DNA of 64,000 nt from an uncultured delta proteobacterium (GTDB taxonomy: Bacteria > Desulfobacterota > Desulfobacteria > Desulfobacterales > JAHEIW01), in assembly GCA_963706575.1 (NCBI GenBank), contig CAVPNL010000004.1, positions 288,001 to 352,000 on the forward strand, read 5' to 3'. How positions within the stretch are numbered: position 1 is the first letter of the stretch; each line of letters begins with the position of its first letter. Below, one piece after another: positions 28,006 through 41,155 of the stretch. The notes under the pieces are model-generated. The model ran no database searches. It was not told where the DNA came from and saw only the letters and a program-made list of their open reading frames with translations. The position numbers were made by a program, and so were the translations under genes.

Positions 28006-28380
28006 TCATTCTGTGCCATTATCAGTCTTTAATTCAGGATGTCTTTCATAAAAACCTGACAACTCTTCTAACGGACCTTGACAGTCTGGGCATATTAAAT
28101 CTTGGCAATCTTTTTTGTAAAAAGGCTTTATACATTTTGGGCACATCAATACCTTTTTGTCATCCCTTGCTTTCTTTTCTGCCTCAATCGTCTTTTCTCT
28201 GAAAGAGGACCAAATAAAAAAAGCTCCTAATATTATAAGCCCTCCGCCAAAAGGCCATTTAATTTCTGTAAAATCAAAATCTTAGCGCGATCCTAATATG
28301 ATTAGATAATAGGATTTATGATTATCCAAATCCAAACAATCCCATTAAACATCCTAATCAATGTAGGTTATCCTTTTCAT
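28006..28380 (-). pseudogene. Frameshifted membrane/Zn-ribbon protein, candidate immunity gene
   Basis: ATG 2 nt after the RHS stop; hydrophobic fragments, then LMCPKCIKPFYKKDCQDLICPDCQGPLEELSGFYERHPELK. Confidence 0.5.
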
Positions 28381-28382
28381 AC

Positions 28383-31300
28383 TTATTTCTCACATGATGT
28401 AGAATTCTGGCTTGATGAAAGAAAGCTATTATATTTCTCAAAAATCGGTCTCGCAAAACTACCAACATAGCCCCCTAATCCTTTTGGGGGTCCAGTTTGT
28501 GGAAACCAGCCATATATTAAATCTACTATTGCTCCAGAATATGGTGCGGCAATATAAGCGGCTGATATAGCCGAAGGCGCAGCAGTTATAGCAGCTGCTG
28601 CTGTCAATGGTACGGCTTCACTAACAAAAGCGACACCTAATGCTGTTTGCGCGAGAGGGTGACCATTCATTGCGATGTCAGCGGTTGCTTTCGACGCTTC
28701 ACCAACTGCATAGCGCACCCCCTTTTGTACCCTCTACAATTGCCTTTTTAATACCGGGAAGAATATCAGAGAATTCTAACCCTAACGGATCAATCAGATT
28801 TATTGGATCATTTAATACATACCCATAAAGATCCGTATCACCACCGGCAAAGAAGATGGGATCCTTTGCAGTCCAGCGCCCTACATCCGGATCATAATCC
28901 CTGAAACCAAATCTGACCAACCCGGTATCACGATCATGCAAACCGCCGGCAAAACCGAAGGGAATCTTAAAAGCCTCATTGGTATCAGCAATGATGTTAC
29001 CGAATGAATCGTAATCTATTCTTTTTACCACATTGCCGGCCGAATCCGCAACCACTCTCAAAGATCCCACCTGGTCATAGGTCAGATAATAGGTTACTGC
29101 CTTCTGTCGTTACTGCCACCGGCATGCGATCATCGGCATATTCAAAGCGCATCAAAAGATTATCAGATCCGTCATAGACTGCCAGCAGCCGCGTCAGACC
29201 CTGCCAAAGGTATTTTTCCGTTATGACTCCGTCTGACTTCTTTGGCAATTCGGCGACCCAGCGGATCATGCAAATATTCAATTAGCCGTCCATCGGGCAG
29301 ATGTGACACTCTAACAGCTCGCCGCGGGAAGAATAGATATAAGACGTTTTATCGGCTGTATTGGTTCGATCGGTTTTATGGTTAAAAACCCGTCAAGGTC
29401 ATACTCATATTTCATGTCACCGACCGTCAGCAGGTGATCTTCTTCCGAATAAGTGTAATTTCTTCCGGAAATCCCACGCAAGGTATTCATCTCATAATTT
29501 CGGGTACCGTTGGCATCATAGCGATATTCTTCTACTAAGATCACCGTCTTTGGTGACCGTCAGCAGCCGCCCCATGTAATCGTATGTGTAGCTATAAGTT
29601 GCAGTAACACCGGCGACGGTTTCAGTCTTTTGAGTGATTCGGCCGTTGTTGTCGCGGTAAGATTCCAGGAGGCCACATTTTGGGTGCCGACACTGACACC
29701 CTGCCCTTCTACTTCGCCATAGCCATTGAATAAGCGGGTCAAGATTAAAGGCGCCTCCGGAGACTGATTCAGGCAAACCATTTTCGCTGTTGCGGGATAT
29801 GGCAAAACTGCCGGCAGCGGTTAAAAGCCCATCATTGTCATAAGTATAATTGACCGTGTGGCCGGCATAGGAAAAGCAGGAAATGTCAAAGTCATTATTG
29901 TAGGTGAAAGTCTAAGATTGATTCAGTGTACCGCTCAGCGTCTCCGATGTGACCAGTTTGCCGTCGTAACTCGTAGGTAGTCGATTCGGTATCTTTTGTG
30001 ATCGAATCAATCTTCGTGCCGCAAAATAGGTGTAAGATCAATATTACCTTCGGGAGTCTGAATTTGTGATAGCCTGGTGTTGTCATAAATGTTGAATGAT
30101 CTGTTTGCCGGAAGGAAAGTTTGTCTCGATCAAGCGCCTGTCTTTGTCATACACATAATGGTAACTGCCGCTTATTGGCGTCGTATAGGAACTGTTTCGG
30201 TTGACCTTGTTGTAATCCAAACCGTGGCTGAAATGCCGACTGGATTGGTCAATACCGTCATATTTCCGTTGGCATCATAGGTAAAATCAATGAAGTTGCC
30301 GTCGGGCCGATTGATGCCGGTTATACGCCCAATATGGATCATATTCATAAGTGGTTGAGTGGCCTTCAGGATCGGTGACGGATTCCAAGAAATCCATCAG
30401 CATTGTAGGTAAAAGAGGATTGTCTGGTGTTTGTGCTGACGGAAGTTAAGTCTTCCCCTTGAATCATAATCGTATGCTGGTTTGATGACAGACCCGGCCA
30501 CAGCTGACACTTTCCACCAGCAGGGTCGCCGGATCGTAGAGTGAGGTTATGGTTCTGCCCTCGGGTGAAGTAACGGTCTTTTGTGCTGCGAGGGTGTTGT
30601 TCTGAATACTAGTAGCCTTACCGTTAACGGCAGCCGTCTCAACGATCAGGTCGGCAATATCATCCTCGTTGGTATCGGTGTAGGTCTTATCAATCGTCGT
30701 TATTCTTTCTAATCCTGCTGGCGTGCTTTCCGTCATCTGTTTTACAGATTTGTACTTATATTCTGAATCAAGATCGTAGATGTATTCCAGATCGGTGCCG
30801 CAGGGAAGGGAATGGTTTTCGATCAAACCATCATCAGACTGCTCAAAATGGGTAAGCGCTCCTGTAGGATCGGTAATTGTAGAAGTATATTTTCCCGTTG
30901 AATCTGTTTGGTCAAGAAAAGAAGTGAGATTGCCTTCAGCCGATAGGACTTCAGTCATGATCTCACTGTTTACGTCGACCGTTCGGGTATAGGTCCATTG
31001 ACCGCCTTCTTCATCCAGAACCTCTGCTAATCTACCTTTGTCATCGAAAACATGTTTAAATTGATTTCCGGCCGGTTCAGTCTCCACCAGCATCAGCCCG
31101 TCTGATGTGTACTCAAAATCATAGTAACTGCCATCAGCATAGGTTACGCGATTGAGGTGGTTATTCGCATCGATTGCCAGTTCGGTCCGAATCCCATCCG
31201 GTGAAATAATGGCGGTAGGCATGCCAGCCACCGCGTCGCGCTCGATGCGGATAATGTTTCCAAACTGATCCGTAATAGCCACTAAATTGTTTTCCCCATC

Positions 31301-34300
31301 ATAATCGAAATCATACAATGAAATCCTCGTATCCAAATCAACTGTCTTCATATGACGCCCGTCGCTGGACATAATATATCCCAGGCCGCTTTCTTCGGTA
31401 AATGAGAATGCTGATCCGGGGGTTGCCACTTTTATCCCTGAAGATGGTGAACCTACTTTCCGGACACGACCGTTAAACATATCGGCGATAAAAATATTTC
31501 CAGCAGGATCTATAAGTACATCAGTTGGGCGATTAAGCTGAGCCAGGGATGCCAAAACACCATCCCCTGAGTACCCTCCACTGGTATTGTTAAAACCTGC
31601 CACGGTGGTTATGACACCATGCGTATTGACTTTACGAACGCTGTTATTCCAGGACTCAACAATATAAAGATTGCCCGCAGAATCCATGGTTATTTCTTCA
31701 ACGCCATAAAGGTAAGCCTCGGTTGCAGGGCCGCCGTTACCAATCGTCCCCCAGGCTCCGCCACCGGCAACCGTTGTGATAATACCGCTGGGATCTACTT
31801 TCCGAACCCGGGATCTTTCTGCAATGTACAAATTGCCCTCTTCATCCAAATAAATGTCCGTAGGATCATTCAATTGAGCCTGAACGGCCGGTCCACCATC
31901 GCCTTCTGAACCAGCGGTGCCATTGCCGGCAACAACTGTCAAGACGCCGGCGGGATCCATTTTCAAGACCTTATGCGTGCTAACGGCCGCATAAATATTA
32001 TCCTGATTGTCAATATGAATTCCTCTAAAACGAATTCCACTATATGAATAGTCATCAGATCCGCATGCACCGACAACTGTGGTTCTCTCTCCTTCTGGGG
32101 TGACTTTATGAACACAACCGCCATTCGCACCACCATACCAATTATAATATGCGGTATGATAAATATTACCCTGTGTATCTGCGGCTATATATCCATTGTA
32201 ACCCCAGAACCCGGCGGCACCTGAATATGTTGTTACGATACCTTCGGTGTCCACTTTAAGGATGTAAGACCGCCAATTTTGATATCCCGGTAAATGGGAG
32301 CTTAAAATATACAGATTGCCTTCAATATCCATGGCCAGAGAGCTGGGATTCGGAATTTTTGCCGAGGTTGCCAGTCCTCCCATTCCGCCAAAGAATTTGG
32401 ATCCGCTACCATCGCCGGCATAGGTCTCAATAATTGCGGCATTGTTACTGGTGATTGTGCCGTCTCCCTTAAGAAGTATGTTCTGACTCAAAGGGCTAAT
32501 CTGATGATGGGCGGATAATGTCCAGCCTTCGGCAAGACTGCCTTTTCCCATAAAAATGGGCATTTTGCGGTCATTCCAGATAATCACCTCTTGTCTGGTG
32601 GGTACGGTTAAAGCGTCAGTTCCCGCCTGGCCAAAAGCCCTGCCCTCCGTATTTGGGGCAAAATATACCCCATAGTATACAAAGCCGATGCGAACATGAG
32701 CGATTACTGAATCCTGGACAGGTCTGCCCAGATAATCAAGCCCATCCCACTCTATTTCGGCTATCTGATTGGGTTCAGGCGGCAGCTCAATTTCATATTT
32801 TTTAGCGGCCACATAAGCTTCAATGATAATTTTAAGTAAACTCTCCGGCACGGTCTCACCACTTACCGGCACACTAATCACACCCGGTTTATAGCCTGTT
32901 ACGCGACTGCTGGCGTAATGCAGGGTCATACCGGTGCCTGGAATAGGGATGTCTTCATGGAAAACACGGCTGCGCTGCTCAACAAATGAGGAGATGCATT
33001 GAATGTCGCCGCGCGACTGCCCTGCAGTTGTTCCGATAAAGTTTGAGTCCTGTTGGTCAACAACCATCGTTCCTTCTGCATTTGAGGCAATCGCATCTGC
33101 CGGCGGGCCGAAGGGCCAATTGCAGTCAAATGGGGTAAAATGATTCATCTGAACTCGCCAGAAGGTGTCGCCAGGAGCGTAGCGCTGACTGTCGCCAAGT
33201 CCCCTAATTTCACTGCTAAAGGAACCATCTCCGTCCAAATCATCGAGTGCGCCATCTCCATCAGCATCCAGCGCATCCACCATGCCATCGGCATCGGTGT
33301 CCAAAAGTTGAACCACTACACCGTTTTCAGATGGCACCCAGACCCCTTTATCGCGGTCGTAGTATCCCACCGGCACGATGGATCCGACTGGAAAACCCAA
33401 AAAATTATCGATAAAGGTTGTTACCGGCTTGTCGAAGCGCACGCGTTGGGCACCGTCAACGCTAAGTTCCGCACAGTAAGTAAAAGCTGAGTTTCGCGGC
33501 AGCCTGGCAGGCATGGCTTCCGGGATCTGATATTCGGTGGCGCGGGTGGTGATGGTGGTCAATTCCTGCACATCGTTGCCTTCCTCGTCTACCAGATAGG
33601 CCTTGTTGTCGCCGCTAAACACCATTGTCACAGCGCGTGTACCAGATTCATCGACGACATCTTCGCTCTTGTGGGTAATCACGGTATCGACATTGCCGTC
33701 AAAGGTCAGGGTGGTGGCTACCTCATCTTTGATGATCATGACAACGGTTTCGGCGACGGCATTATCGTTCCAGGGTACATACACTTTTCGCTGGGCAGGA
33801 ATCAGGCCCTGTTTTTGATAAACGACCGTAAGGGTTCCGCCGCCTTCAACGGGAATCGAAAACCGGCCCTGATCATTGGTCGAGACACTGCCGTATTCCG
33901 CATGGCTGTGAACGGTGATCATAACCCCCGGCAGAGGCTGTTGATTGATATTGTGCACCAATCCAGTGATCAGCGAAAACCGTTCAGGATCATATTGATC
34001 AACGGTGGCATCCTTCGGGACGAGATCCTCATACTGTTCACCATAGGACCCTTCGGGTTGAGGGTCGGGATTGCCTGTAACCTGAACGGTAACCTGAGCA
34101 TTGGCCGAGCCTGCCGGCCCGGTTACTGTTAGGGTATAAGTCGTTGAGCTCTGAGGAGAGACCAGGGTTGTTCCTTCCAAGGAGACAGAGCCGATGTCGT
34201 TGTCAATATGGGCGCTTTCCCCACGCATGGAACTCCAGCTCAATGTGCTGGATTGGCCCTGCTCAATTGGGGTCGGCGAAGCGTTAAAACTCACTGTCGG

Positions 34301-35446
34301 CGTCTGATTTTGAGAACCCAGCGAGATCGATAGATTAACCGCAGAATTTTCCACCACGGATGTTCCGGCTACCGGACTCTGGCTGATCACGGAACCTTCC
34401 TCCAAGGTTTCGCTGTGCTCGAAAATGATGGCGCCGACCACCAGCCCGGCTTCCAGAAGTTCAGCTTCAGCATCAGCCTGAAGCCATGCGACCACATCCG
34501 GTACGTTGACCATTCGCGGATTAGCGGTGATCACCACCTGATCGGCCGGGCTGTCAACCTCCCCATCGTTGACAATGAGCTTAACTTCATAGATGCCGGC
34601 AAGATCAGGCGTAAAAGTCGGATCCTCCGCAGAACCATCGGACAGAACAGCGGTACTTCCCTCCGGAACCTTGGTAAACGCCCAGCTAAAGCTCAAGGAA
34701 TCACCATCTACATCTGCTGAAGCGCTACCATTCAGCGCTACCGTGTTACCGACAAACACAGTCTGATCCGGTCCTGCCTGGGCCACCGGTGCGCTGTTTT
34801 CGATTGTCACCGTAACCTTGTCCGTTGCCGGGTCTCCTGTACCGGCGGCAGTTAACGTATATGTGGTGGTTTCTGCGGGTAAGACGGATGTTGATCCGCT
34901 TGGATCGACCGTGCCGATTTCCGGCCGGATTTCACAGGAATCGGCATTCTCCGTCTGCCAGCTTAAGGTGCTGGAAGCTCCTCTTTTAATTTTAGAAGGT
35001 TTGGCAGTAAACGCTATTATTTGGGGCGCTGGCCTTTTGTCTTCACCACGCTTTATTTGGATGGAGACTGAAGCCCCGGGATTGCCAATTAAAAAAACAA
35101 ATAGCCTGTTGGTGGTCTTTAGCGCAATGTGCTTTTCAAAGGCGATTTCGTCTCCAGCCTGAAAATCCCGTAAAAACGTAAATGAGCCGTTGAGCACAAA
35201 AAATCCGCGCCGAATTTCTTTTTGATGATCATTTTTCCTTATTTTAAGAATCCCCTCTCCGGCAGCATCAGCGCTGAAAGTATGCTGGGAAGCGCATAAA
35301 TGCCATTTACTTATGGTGAAATCTTTTTCAAATACAATCCCATCACCGGCATAAGCAGCATTGGAAAGGGTAATGATTAAGGAAAAGATAAAAAGAATGG
35401 TTACAAAGCAGCGGCCGTTTCTTGGCATAACATTTCCTCCATTCAT
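28383..35446 (-). CDS. Bacterial teneurin-like RHS/YD protein; 3' 2 kb broken by many frameshifts
   Basis: Signal peptide, PKD (AGPDQ), PASTA (VPDVV...SQSP), EDIPIPGTGMTLHYASSRVTGYK, NHL repeats, YD repeats, RHS core RDYDPDVGRWTAKDP...PINLIDPLGL. Confidence 0.88.
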
Positions 35447-35900
35447 TCAGGTTTCTCAACCAGTAGAAAATGCCAGAGCATTTCGGCAGAGAAACAAATA
35501 AATTTTGAAAATAATTATGAAGACATTAAACGTGGCGGGAAAAACGCTAAAGTTCTAGCAGAATACACACGGATAGTCAATAATAATTTATAATATTATC
35601 AAGTATTTACGTAATTTTACGGCATTTGACAGTACTTTACAGTATTTGTCAGCATTTGACAGTTCGGTTAAGATTTTCACCACAGGGAGGGCTGAGGGTA
35701 CAGAGTTAAAACAACATTCTATAATGCAAAAATAAAATGAAAAGCGGTAAGGTGAAAGGCTGTAAATTTGCGGCCAACTGAGTTGCTTATCAGCACTGCA
35801 AAGGGTAGGAAAAAAATCGCCGCCGGGGTGCCGAGCATCGAGACTTTTCGGCACCGCCGGCGGCGATTTGCGTTGTTGGGCGTGTTTTTGAATTTTTGGT

Positions 35901-36110
35901 CTAGCTGTTTTTCAATTCCTGAAATTTGTCGTGCCAGGAGCATTTTTCGCAGAAGACTTCGGTGTCGCTCTTTACTTCCGGGCTGTCGGATTCGTCGGCC
36001 TCCGAGTTGTAGACGATGGTGGCGTCCTTCAGCTCGAACTCGAAGGTTTCGTATTCGTCATCCGGGTCTTTGACGAAAAAATTCAGGCTGCCGCATACGG
36101 GGCATTTCAT
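35901..36110 (-). CDS. Small zinc-ribbon protein
   Basis: MKCPVCGS...FCEKCSW. Confidence 0.75.
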   Translation of the reverse strand: MKCPVCGSLNFFVKDPDDEYETFEFELKDATIVYNSEADESDSPEVKSDTEVFCEKCSWHDKFQELKNS

Positions 36111-36250
36111 TTTCAAATAATCCAGTGTTTGATTATTAGTGTTTAGTTTTTGGTGTTTGGTGTTTAGTGTGCACAACTGTCAGCTTGGCTAACAAAACAC
36201 GAAATACGACACACTAAACACTTGAAGAATTTTTATAAAATTCTTCAACC

Positions 36251-36745
36251 TTAATCGACTTTGAAAAACGCCGTCTTTTTAGCCTTGCAGACCGGGCATT
36301 CATCCGGGGCTTCGTTTTCACAGGTGTAGCCGCAGACATTGCAAACATAATAATCGGCTGCTGCCATGCCGTCCATATTGGCCAGGGCATTCTCGTACAG
36401 GTTGGCGTGCACTTGCTCAACGGCGTTGGCATACTCAAAGCTGCGCAAAGCGGCTTTGTTATCTTCGGCTTTGGCGTCTTCGATCATTTCCGGATACATG
36501 CTTTTGAATTCGTGGGTTTCACCGGCAATCGCTTCTTTAAGGTTGTCGGCGGTGCTGCCGACGCCTTTTAAGGTCCGCAAATGGGCATGGGCATGCACGG
36601 TTTCGGCGGCCGCAGCCGCACGGAAAAGCCTGGCCACCTGGGCGTAGCCTTCTTTATCCGCCTTTTTGGCGAAGGCGAGATATTTACGGTTGGCCTGGGA
36701 CTCACCTGCAAACGCGTCTTGTAAATTTTGCTCGGACTTACTCAT
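36251..36745 (-). CDS. rbr: Rubrerythrin
   Basis: AFAGESQANRKY, ETVHA, EQVHA, CNVCGY...CPVC. Confidence 0.95.
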   Translation of the reverse strand: MSKSEQNLQDAFAGESQANRKYLAFAKKADKEGYAQVARLFRAAAAAETVHAHAHLRTLKGVGSTADNLKEAIAGETHEFKSMYPEMIEDAKAEDNKAALRSFEYANAVEQVHANLYENALANMDGMAAADYYVCNVCGYTCENEAPDECPVCKAKKTAFFKVD

Positions 36746-36798
36746 ACAATTCCTCCTTTTAGTTTTTTTGTTAGATTAACTTCTCTGCCACATTTAAT

Positions 36799-36871
36799 TC
36801 CCCCTCACCCTATCCCTCTCCCTCAGGGAGAGGGAATTGGTGGGGACCGGCCCTCTCCCTCGGGGAGAGGG
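36799..36871. repeat. REP-like palindromes
   Basis: CCCCTCACCCTATCCCTCTCCCTCAGGGAGAGGG and CCTCTCCCTCGGGGAGAGG. Confidence 0.6.
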
Positions 36872-37209
36872 AACTGGCTGGCACTTCACGGTGTGCGGCA
36901 TGGATATCGAAAAATTTGTATCAGGTTTAGTGCTAAAACAAGTTTTATGCCAAAAAAGGTGAAACAATTAAATGAAGCTGATACTGATTTAATATCAGGC
37001 AGTTATACTATTTCCGATCTGTATTGCGTTAGCTATTCCGACCGCCGGAGTTGCCCCTTCATGAGACAGTATGTCTCAGCTCCTCCGTTACCGACCGGGA
37101 TTTGATCCGTGAAGCGTCGGCTGAAAACAATCGCCCAAAGCCGCCTGCCGGCTCAGATGTTCCCGGCATCTTTATGAGTCACAAGTGTCTCACGAAACAC
37201 GAATCATCT

Positions 37210-39957
37210 TTATTGATCCTTTGATATGCGGCCCTGCAAGGCCGCATGAGCTGCCGCCAGCCGGGCGATGGGCACTCTAAACGGTGAGCAGGACACGTAG
37301 GTCAGCCCCAGCTCATGACACAGCAGAATGGATTCGGGATCGCCGCCGTGCTCTCCGCAAATGCCGCATTCCAGATCCGGATTGACACTGCGGCCCTTGG
37401 TCACAGCAATCCGCATCAGTTCCCCCACACCGTTCGGATCGATGACAGCAAAGGGGTTGTCCGGCAGAACACCGGCAGAGATATATTGCATCAAAAATCC
37501 GGCTTCCGCGTCGTCGCGCGATATGCCGAAGGTGGTCTGGGTCAGGTCGTTGGTTCCAAATGAAAAGAATTGGGCATATTCGGCGATCTCATCCGCGGTT
37601 ATGGCTGCCCGCGGAATTTCAATCATGGTGCCGAATTTATAATCAATTTCAATGCCCTGCTCATCCATCACCTTTTTGGCCTCGGTTTCCAGGGCCTTTC
37701 GCTGAATCTTCAGCTCGTTGACATGGCTGGTCAGCGGAATCATGACTTCCGGATGGACAACCACATCTTCTTTGGAGACCGCACAGGCGGCCTCAAAAAT
37801 GGCCCGCACCTGCATGGTGGTGAGTTCCGGGATCTGGATTCCCAGTCGTACCCCCCGAAGACCCAGCATCGGATTGGCTTCATGAAGACTTTCAACCCTT
37901 TTGAGGATACTCTGTTTCATGCGGATCTGCTCCAGCAGGTCATCGACCTGAGCCAGGTTGGCGGCTTTCTGCAGCCGAATCTTCAGATCGGAAAGCTCAT
38001 ACATGAGGTCAAAGCGATTCGGCAAGAATTCATGCAGCGGCGGGTCGATCAATCGGATGATCACCGGCAGCCCGTCCATAGCCCGAAAAATCCCAATAAA
38101 ATCCTCGCGCTGTAAGGGCAAAATCGCAGCCAGGGCCTCAAGACGTTCACGGGGCAGATCGGTCATGATCATTTTCTGGACGTGCGGCAGGCGCTCGGAC
38201 TCGAAAAACATGTGCTCGGTGCGGCAAAGCCCGATGCCCTGCGCGCCGTATTCCCGCGCCCGCTCGGCATCCTTGGGGTAATCCGCATTGGCCCAGACCC
38301 CCAGGCGGCGGAACTCATCGGCCCAGGATAAAAGCTTGATCAGCCAGGGGTCCTTGATATCGGGCACCATGGTCTCGAGCTTGCCCAGATAGACCTCGCC
38401 GGCCGTTCCGTCAATCGAGATCCAATCGCCTTCTTTGATTTGCTGGTTGCCCACCTGCATGCGGCGGTTGGCCAGATCGATTTCAAGCGATGAGACCCCG
38501 ACGACCGCCGGCGTGCCGAACTGCCGGGCCACCAGGGCGGCATGACTGGTGCGCCCGCCGCGGCTGGTTAAAATCCCCTCGGCCGCCAGCATGCCATGCA
38601 CATCGTCGGGCTTGGTTTCGGGCCGCACCATGATCACATCCTTGCCCTGCTCTTTGGCCCACAGTTCGGCGCGATCGGCATCGAAGGCCACAATACCGAC
38701 CGCAGCTCCCGGCGACACATTAAGTCCTGTGGCTAAAAAGGCCCCGGAGTTCCGGGCCTTCTGCTTGGCCTGAACATCAAACTGGGGGTGCAAAAAGAAA
38801 TCGACCTGCTCCGGGCTTACCCGCAGCACCGCTTCTTCTTTGGTAATCAATCCCTCCTCGACCATATCCACGGCAATCCGCACGGCTGCCTGGGCGGTGC
38901 GCTTGCCGTCGCGGGTTTGCAGCATCCAGAGCCTGGCGTTTTCGACGGTGAATTCGACATCCTGCATATCGCGATAATGCGTTTCCAGGTTCTGACAGAT
39001 CTGCTCGAATTCGGCATAGGCTTGCGGCAGTTCCTTTTTTAATTCTTTAATATCATTGGTCAGGCGAATGCCGGCCACCACATCTTCACCCTGGGCATTC
39101 ATGAGGTAATCGCCTTCGATCTGTTTTTCGCCGGTAGAGGCATTGCGGGTCATGGCTACACCGGTGGCACTATCGTCTCCCATGTTACCGAAAATCATGG
39201 TTTGAATATTCACAGCAGTGCCCAGATCATGGGCAATGCCGGCGGCATTGCGATAATCGACAGCGCGCTTGCCGTTCCAGCTTTTAAAAACCGCTTCGGT
39301 CGCCTTTCGCAACTGAACCAGCGGGTCGGTTGGAAAATCGCGATGCGTATGATGTTTGTATATCTTTTTGAACCCGGCGGTGACCTTCTGCCAGTCGTCG
39401 GCGGTTAATTCGGCATCGCTGTTTACGCCCGCTTTCCGGCGGGTGCGGGTAATCACTTCTTCAAAAGGTTCGTCAGAAATTCCCATAACCACGCTGCCAA
39501 ACATCTGAATGAGACGGCGGTAAAGATCATACACAAAACGCTCATCGCCGGTTAATTTGATCATACCTTTGGCCGTATCATCGTTGAGGCCGATATTGAG
39601 AACCGTATCCATCATACCGGGCATGGAAAACTTCCCACCGGAACGACAGGAAACCAGTAGAGGATTCTTTTTATCTCCAAATGTCTTCCCTGTAGCGGAT
39701 TCAACCGCTTTGAGCGCCTCCAATGCATGCTCCCACATTCCCTCCGCAAAGGTTTCACCGGCCGCCAGATAAGCATTGCATGCCTCGGTGGTCAACGTAA
39801 AACCCGGCGGGACCGGTACTTTCAGACGGGTCATTTCTGCCAGGTTGGCGCCTTTTCCGCCTAAAAGCCCGCGAACCGCCTCCCAATCACCGCCGACATA
39901 TTTTTCGGCCTGATCCACTTCATTAAAAAGATAAACCCATTTGCTTTTGCTGCTCAT
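37210..39957 (-). CDS. ppdK: Pyruvate, phosphate dikinase
   Basis: LLGGKGANLAEM, SMPGMMDTVLN, GGRTSHAA, GLCRTEHMF, GICGEHGG. Confidence 0.97.
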   Translation of the reverse strand: MSSKSKWVYLFNEVDQAEKYVGGDWEAVRGLLGGKGANLAEMTRLKVPVPPGFTLTTEACNAYLAAGETFAEGMWEHALEALKAVESATGKTFGDKKNPLLVSCRSGGKFSMPGMMDTVLNIGLNDDTAKGMIKLTGDERFVYDLYRRLIQMFGSVVMGISDEPFEEVITRTRRKAGVNSDAELTADDWQKVTAGFKKIYKHHTHRDFPTDPLVQLRKATEAVFKSWNGKRAVDYRNAAGIAHDLGTAVNIQTMIFGNMGDDSATGVAMTRNASTGEKQIEGDYLMNAQGEDVVAGIRLTNDIKELKKELPQAYAEFEQICQNLETHYRDMQDVEFTVENARLWMLQTRDGKRTAQAAVRIAVDMVEEGLITKEEAVLRVSPEQVDFFLHPQFDVQAKQKARNSGAFLATGLNVSPGAAVGIVAFDADRAELWAKEQGKDVIMVRPETKPDDVHGMLAAEGILTSRGGRTSHAALVARQFGTPAVVGVSSLEIDLANRRMQVGNQQIKEGDWISIDGTAGEVYLGKLETMVPDIKDPWLIKLLSWADEFRRLGVWANADYPKDAERAREYGAQGIGLCRTEHMFFESERLPHVQKMIMTDLPRERLEALAAILPLQREDFIGIFRAMDGLPVIIRLIDPPLHEFLPNRFDLMYELSDLKIRLQKAANLAQVDDLLEQIRMKQSILKRVESLHEANPMLGLRGVRLGIQIPELTTMQVRAIFEAACAVSKEDVVVHPEVMIPLTSHVNELKIQRKALETEAKKVMDEQGIEIDYKFGTMIEIPRAAITADEIAEYAQFFSFGTNDLTQTTFGISRDDAEAGFLMQYISAGVLPDNPFAVIDPNGVGELMRIAVTKGRSVNPDLECGICGEHGGDPESILLCHELGLTYVSCSPFRVPIARLAAAHAALQGRISKDQ

Positions 39958-40480
39958 CGTTACACCCCCCCTGAAGAAGTGTGAGTCGGCATAGCGCTCA
40001 ATCCCACATTTGAATGGTTGTTGCCAGGTACCGGGCAAAGCGATTTCCCGGTGTGTCTGTGCCAAAAGTTTCTGATGCAGATCGAAGAGTGCTGGATGCT
40101 GGTTTTAGACCGGGCAAATTCGAGCAGATAGATTCCGCGCAGGAGGGCAAGTGGTGATCGGAAGCAGTCGCAAAAGGTTCCATCTGCTTCAACAAGTTTA
40201 AATTCGATTCAAGCCGCCAACATCCTATCCGATAAAAGCCTGTAACCCCGGTTGAAGTCAAGTATTTTCTTGGCATATAATTCCGTTACACGGATAGCCA
40301 AACTGCTGCAATACTTGATCCGGCTTCATTTGGGTATTATTTTAAAATAATTGGATTCAATGACGTTGTATTTACCACAGAGAACACGGGGGACACAGAG
40401 AATAGATTTTTAATCAAAAAAGCGCTTGTCTTTGTGGGCTCTGTGGTTAGACCTAAAATCATCTATTTTGGAGCGAAACT

Positions 40481-40741
40481 ATGGAGAACTGGGAAAAACT
40501 ACTTTCATGTGCAGAAGAATGCAGCCGGTGCAACAAATCTTTAGAGACCCAAGACCGCAGAATCCTATCGGTCTTCGATCACCAGCCGATTTGTTCGGAT
40601 TGCAAAAAAGAAGAAGAAAAGCGCTCCGACTACGAGGATGCCTCCCGGCAAATGATGGCCGAGTGCATCGCAGAAACCGGCAAACCCTACGGCGATCCGG
40701 CCAGCTATTGCTTCCACCACTTTTGCCCGTTTAAGTGCTAA
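40481..40741 (+). CDS. Cys-rich hypothetical protein
   Basis: GGAG RBS; CSRC, CSDC, YCFHHFCPFKC. Confidence 0.7.
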   Translation: MENWEKLLSCAEECSRCNKSLETQDRRILSVFDHQPICSDCKKEEEKRSDYEDASRQMMAECIAETGKPYGDPASYCFHHFCPFKC

Positions 40742-40802
40742 TTACAGCCAGGATTTCCAACTTCTAATATAAAAGCCGCAAGAACGGGGCAGGAAGATTC
40801 CC

Positions 40803-41155
40803 ATGGCCGCAGACAACAGTTACAAAGAACTCCTGAAGAAAGTTAAAGCCCTGGAGGAAGAGGCTGCTACCCGCAAAAAAGCAGAAGCACGCCTGAAAAA
40901 GAGCGCGAGGCGCTGATCGATAATCTCAAAAAATCCCTTGCCAAGGTCAGAAAATTAAGCGGCCTCCTTCCCATCTGCGCATCGTGTAAAAAAATCCGGG
41001 ACGACAAAGGATACTGGAATCAAATCGAGGCCTACATCCGCGATCATTCGGAAGCCGAATTCAGCCACGGCATCTGTCCGGAATGCTCCCGGGAACTTTA
41101 TCCGGAATATCATCGAAAAGAATCCGACAAAATGGCAAAATCAAACAAAAATTGA
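40803..41155 (+). pseudogene. Coiled-coil protein with LLPICASCKKIRDD...SHGICPEC domain; one frameshift near 40900
   Basis: Motif typical of the C-terminus of many deltaproteobacterial signalling proteins. Confidence 0.7.

Noticed and set aside
28699..30463. Small ORFs as separate genes or orphan RHS modules
   Set aside because: They are consecutive frameshifted pieces of the YD shell and RHS core of the single large gene.
36125..36222. Short 7-9-mer tandem and inverted repeats (also 40375-40450, 41345-41432, 57136-57240, 60590-60622, 61225-61315)
   Set aside because: Low-complexity intergenic hairpins of a kind common in these genomes, with no associated gene or specific signal.
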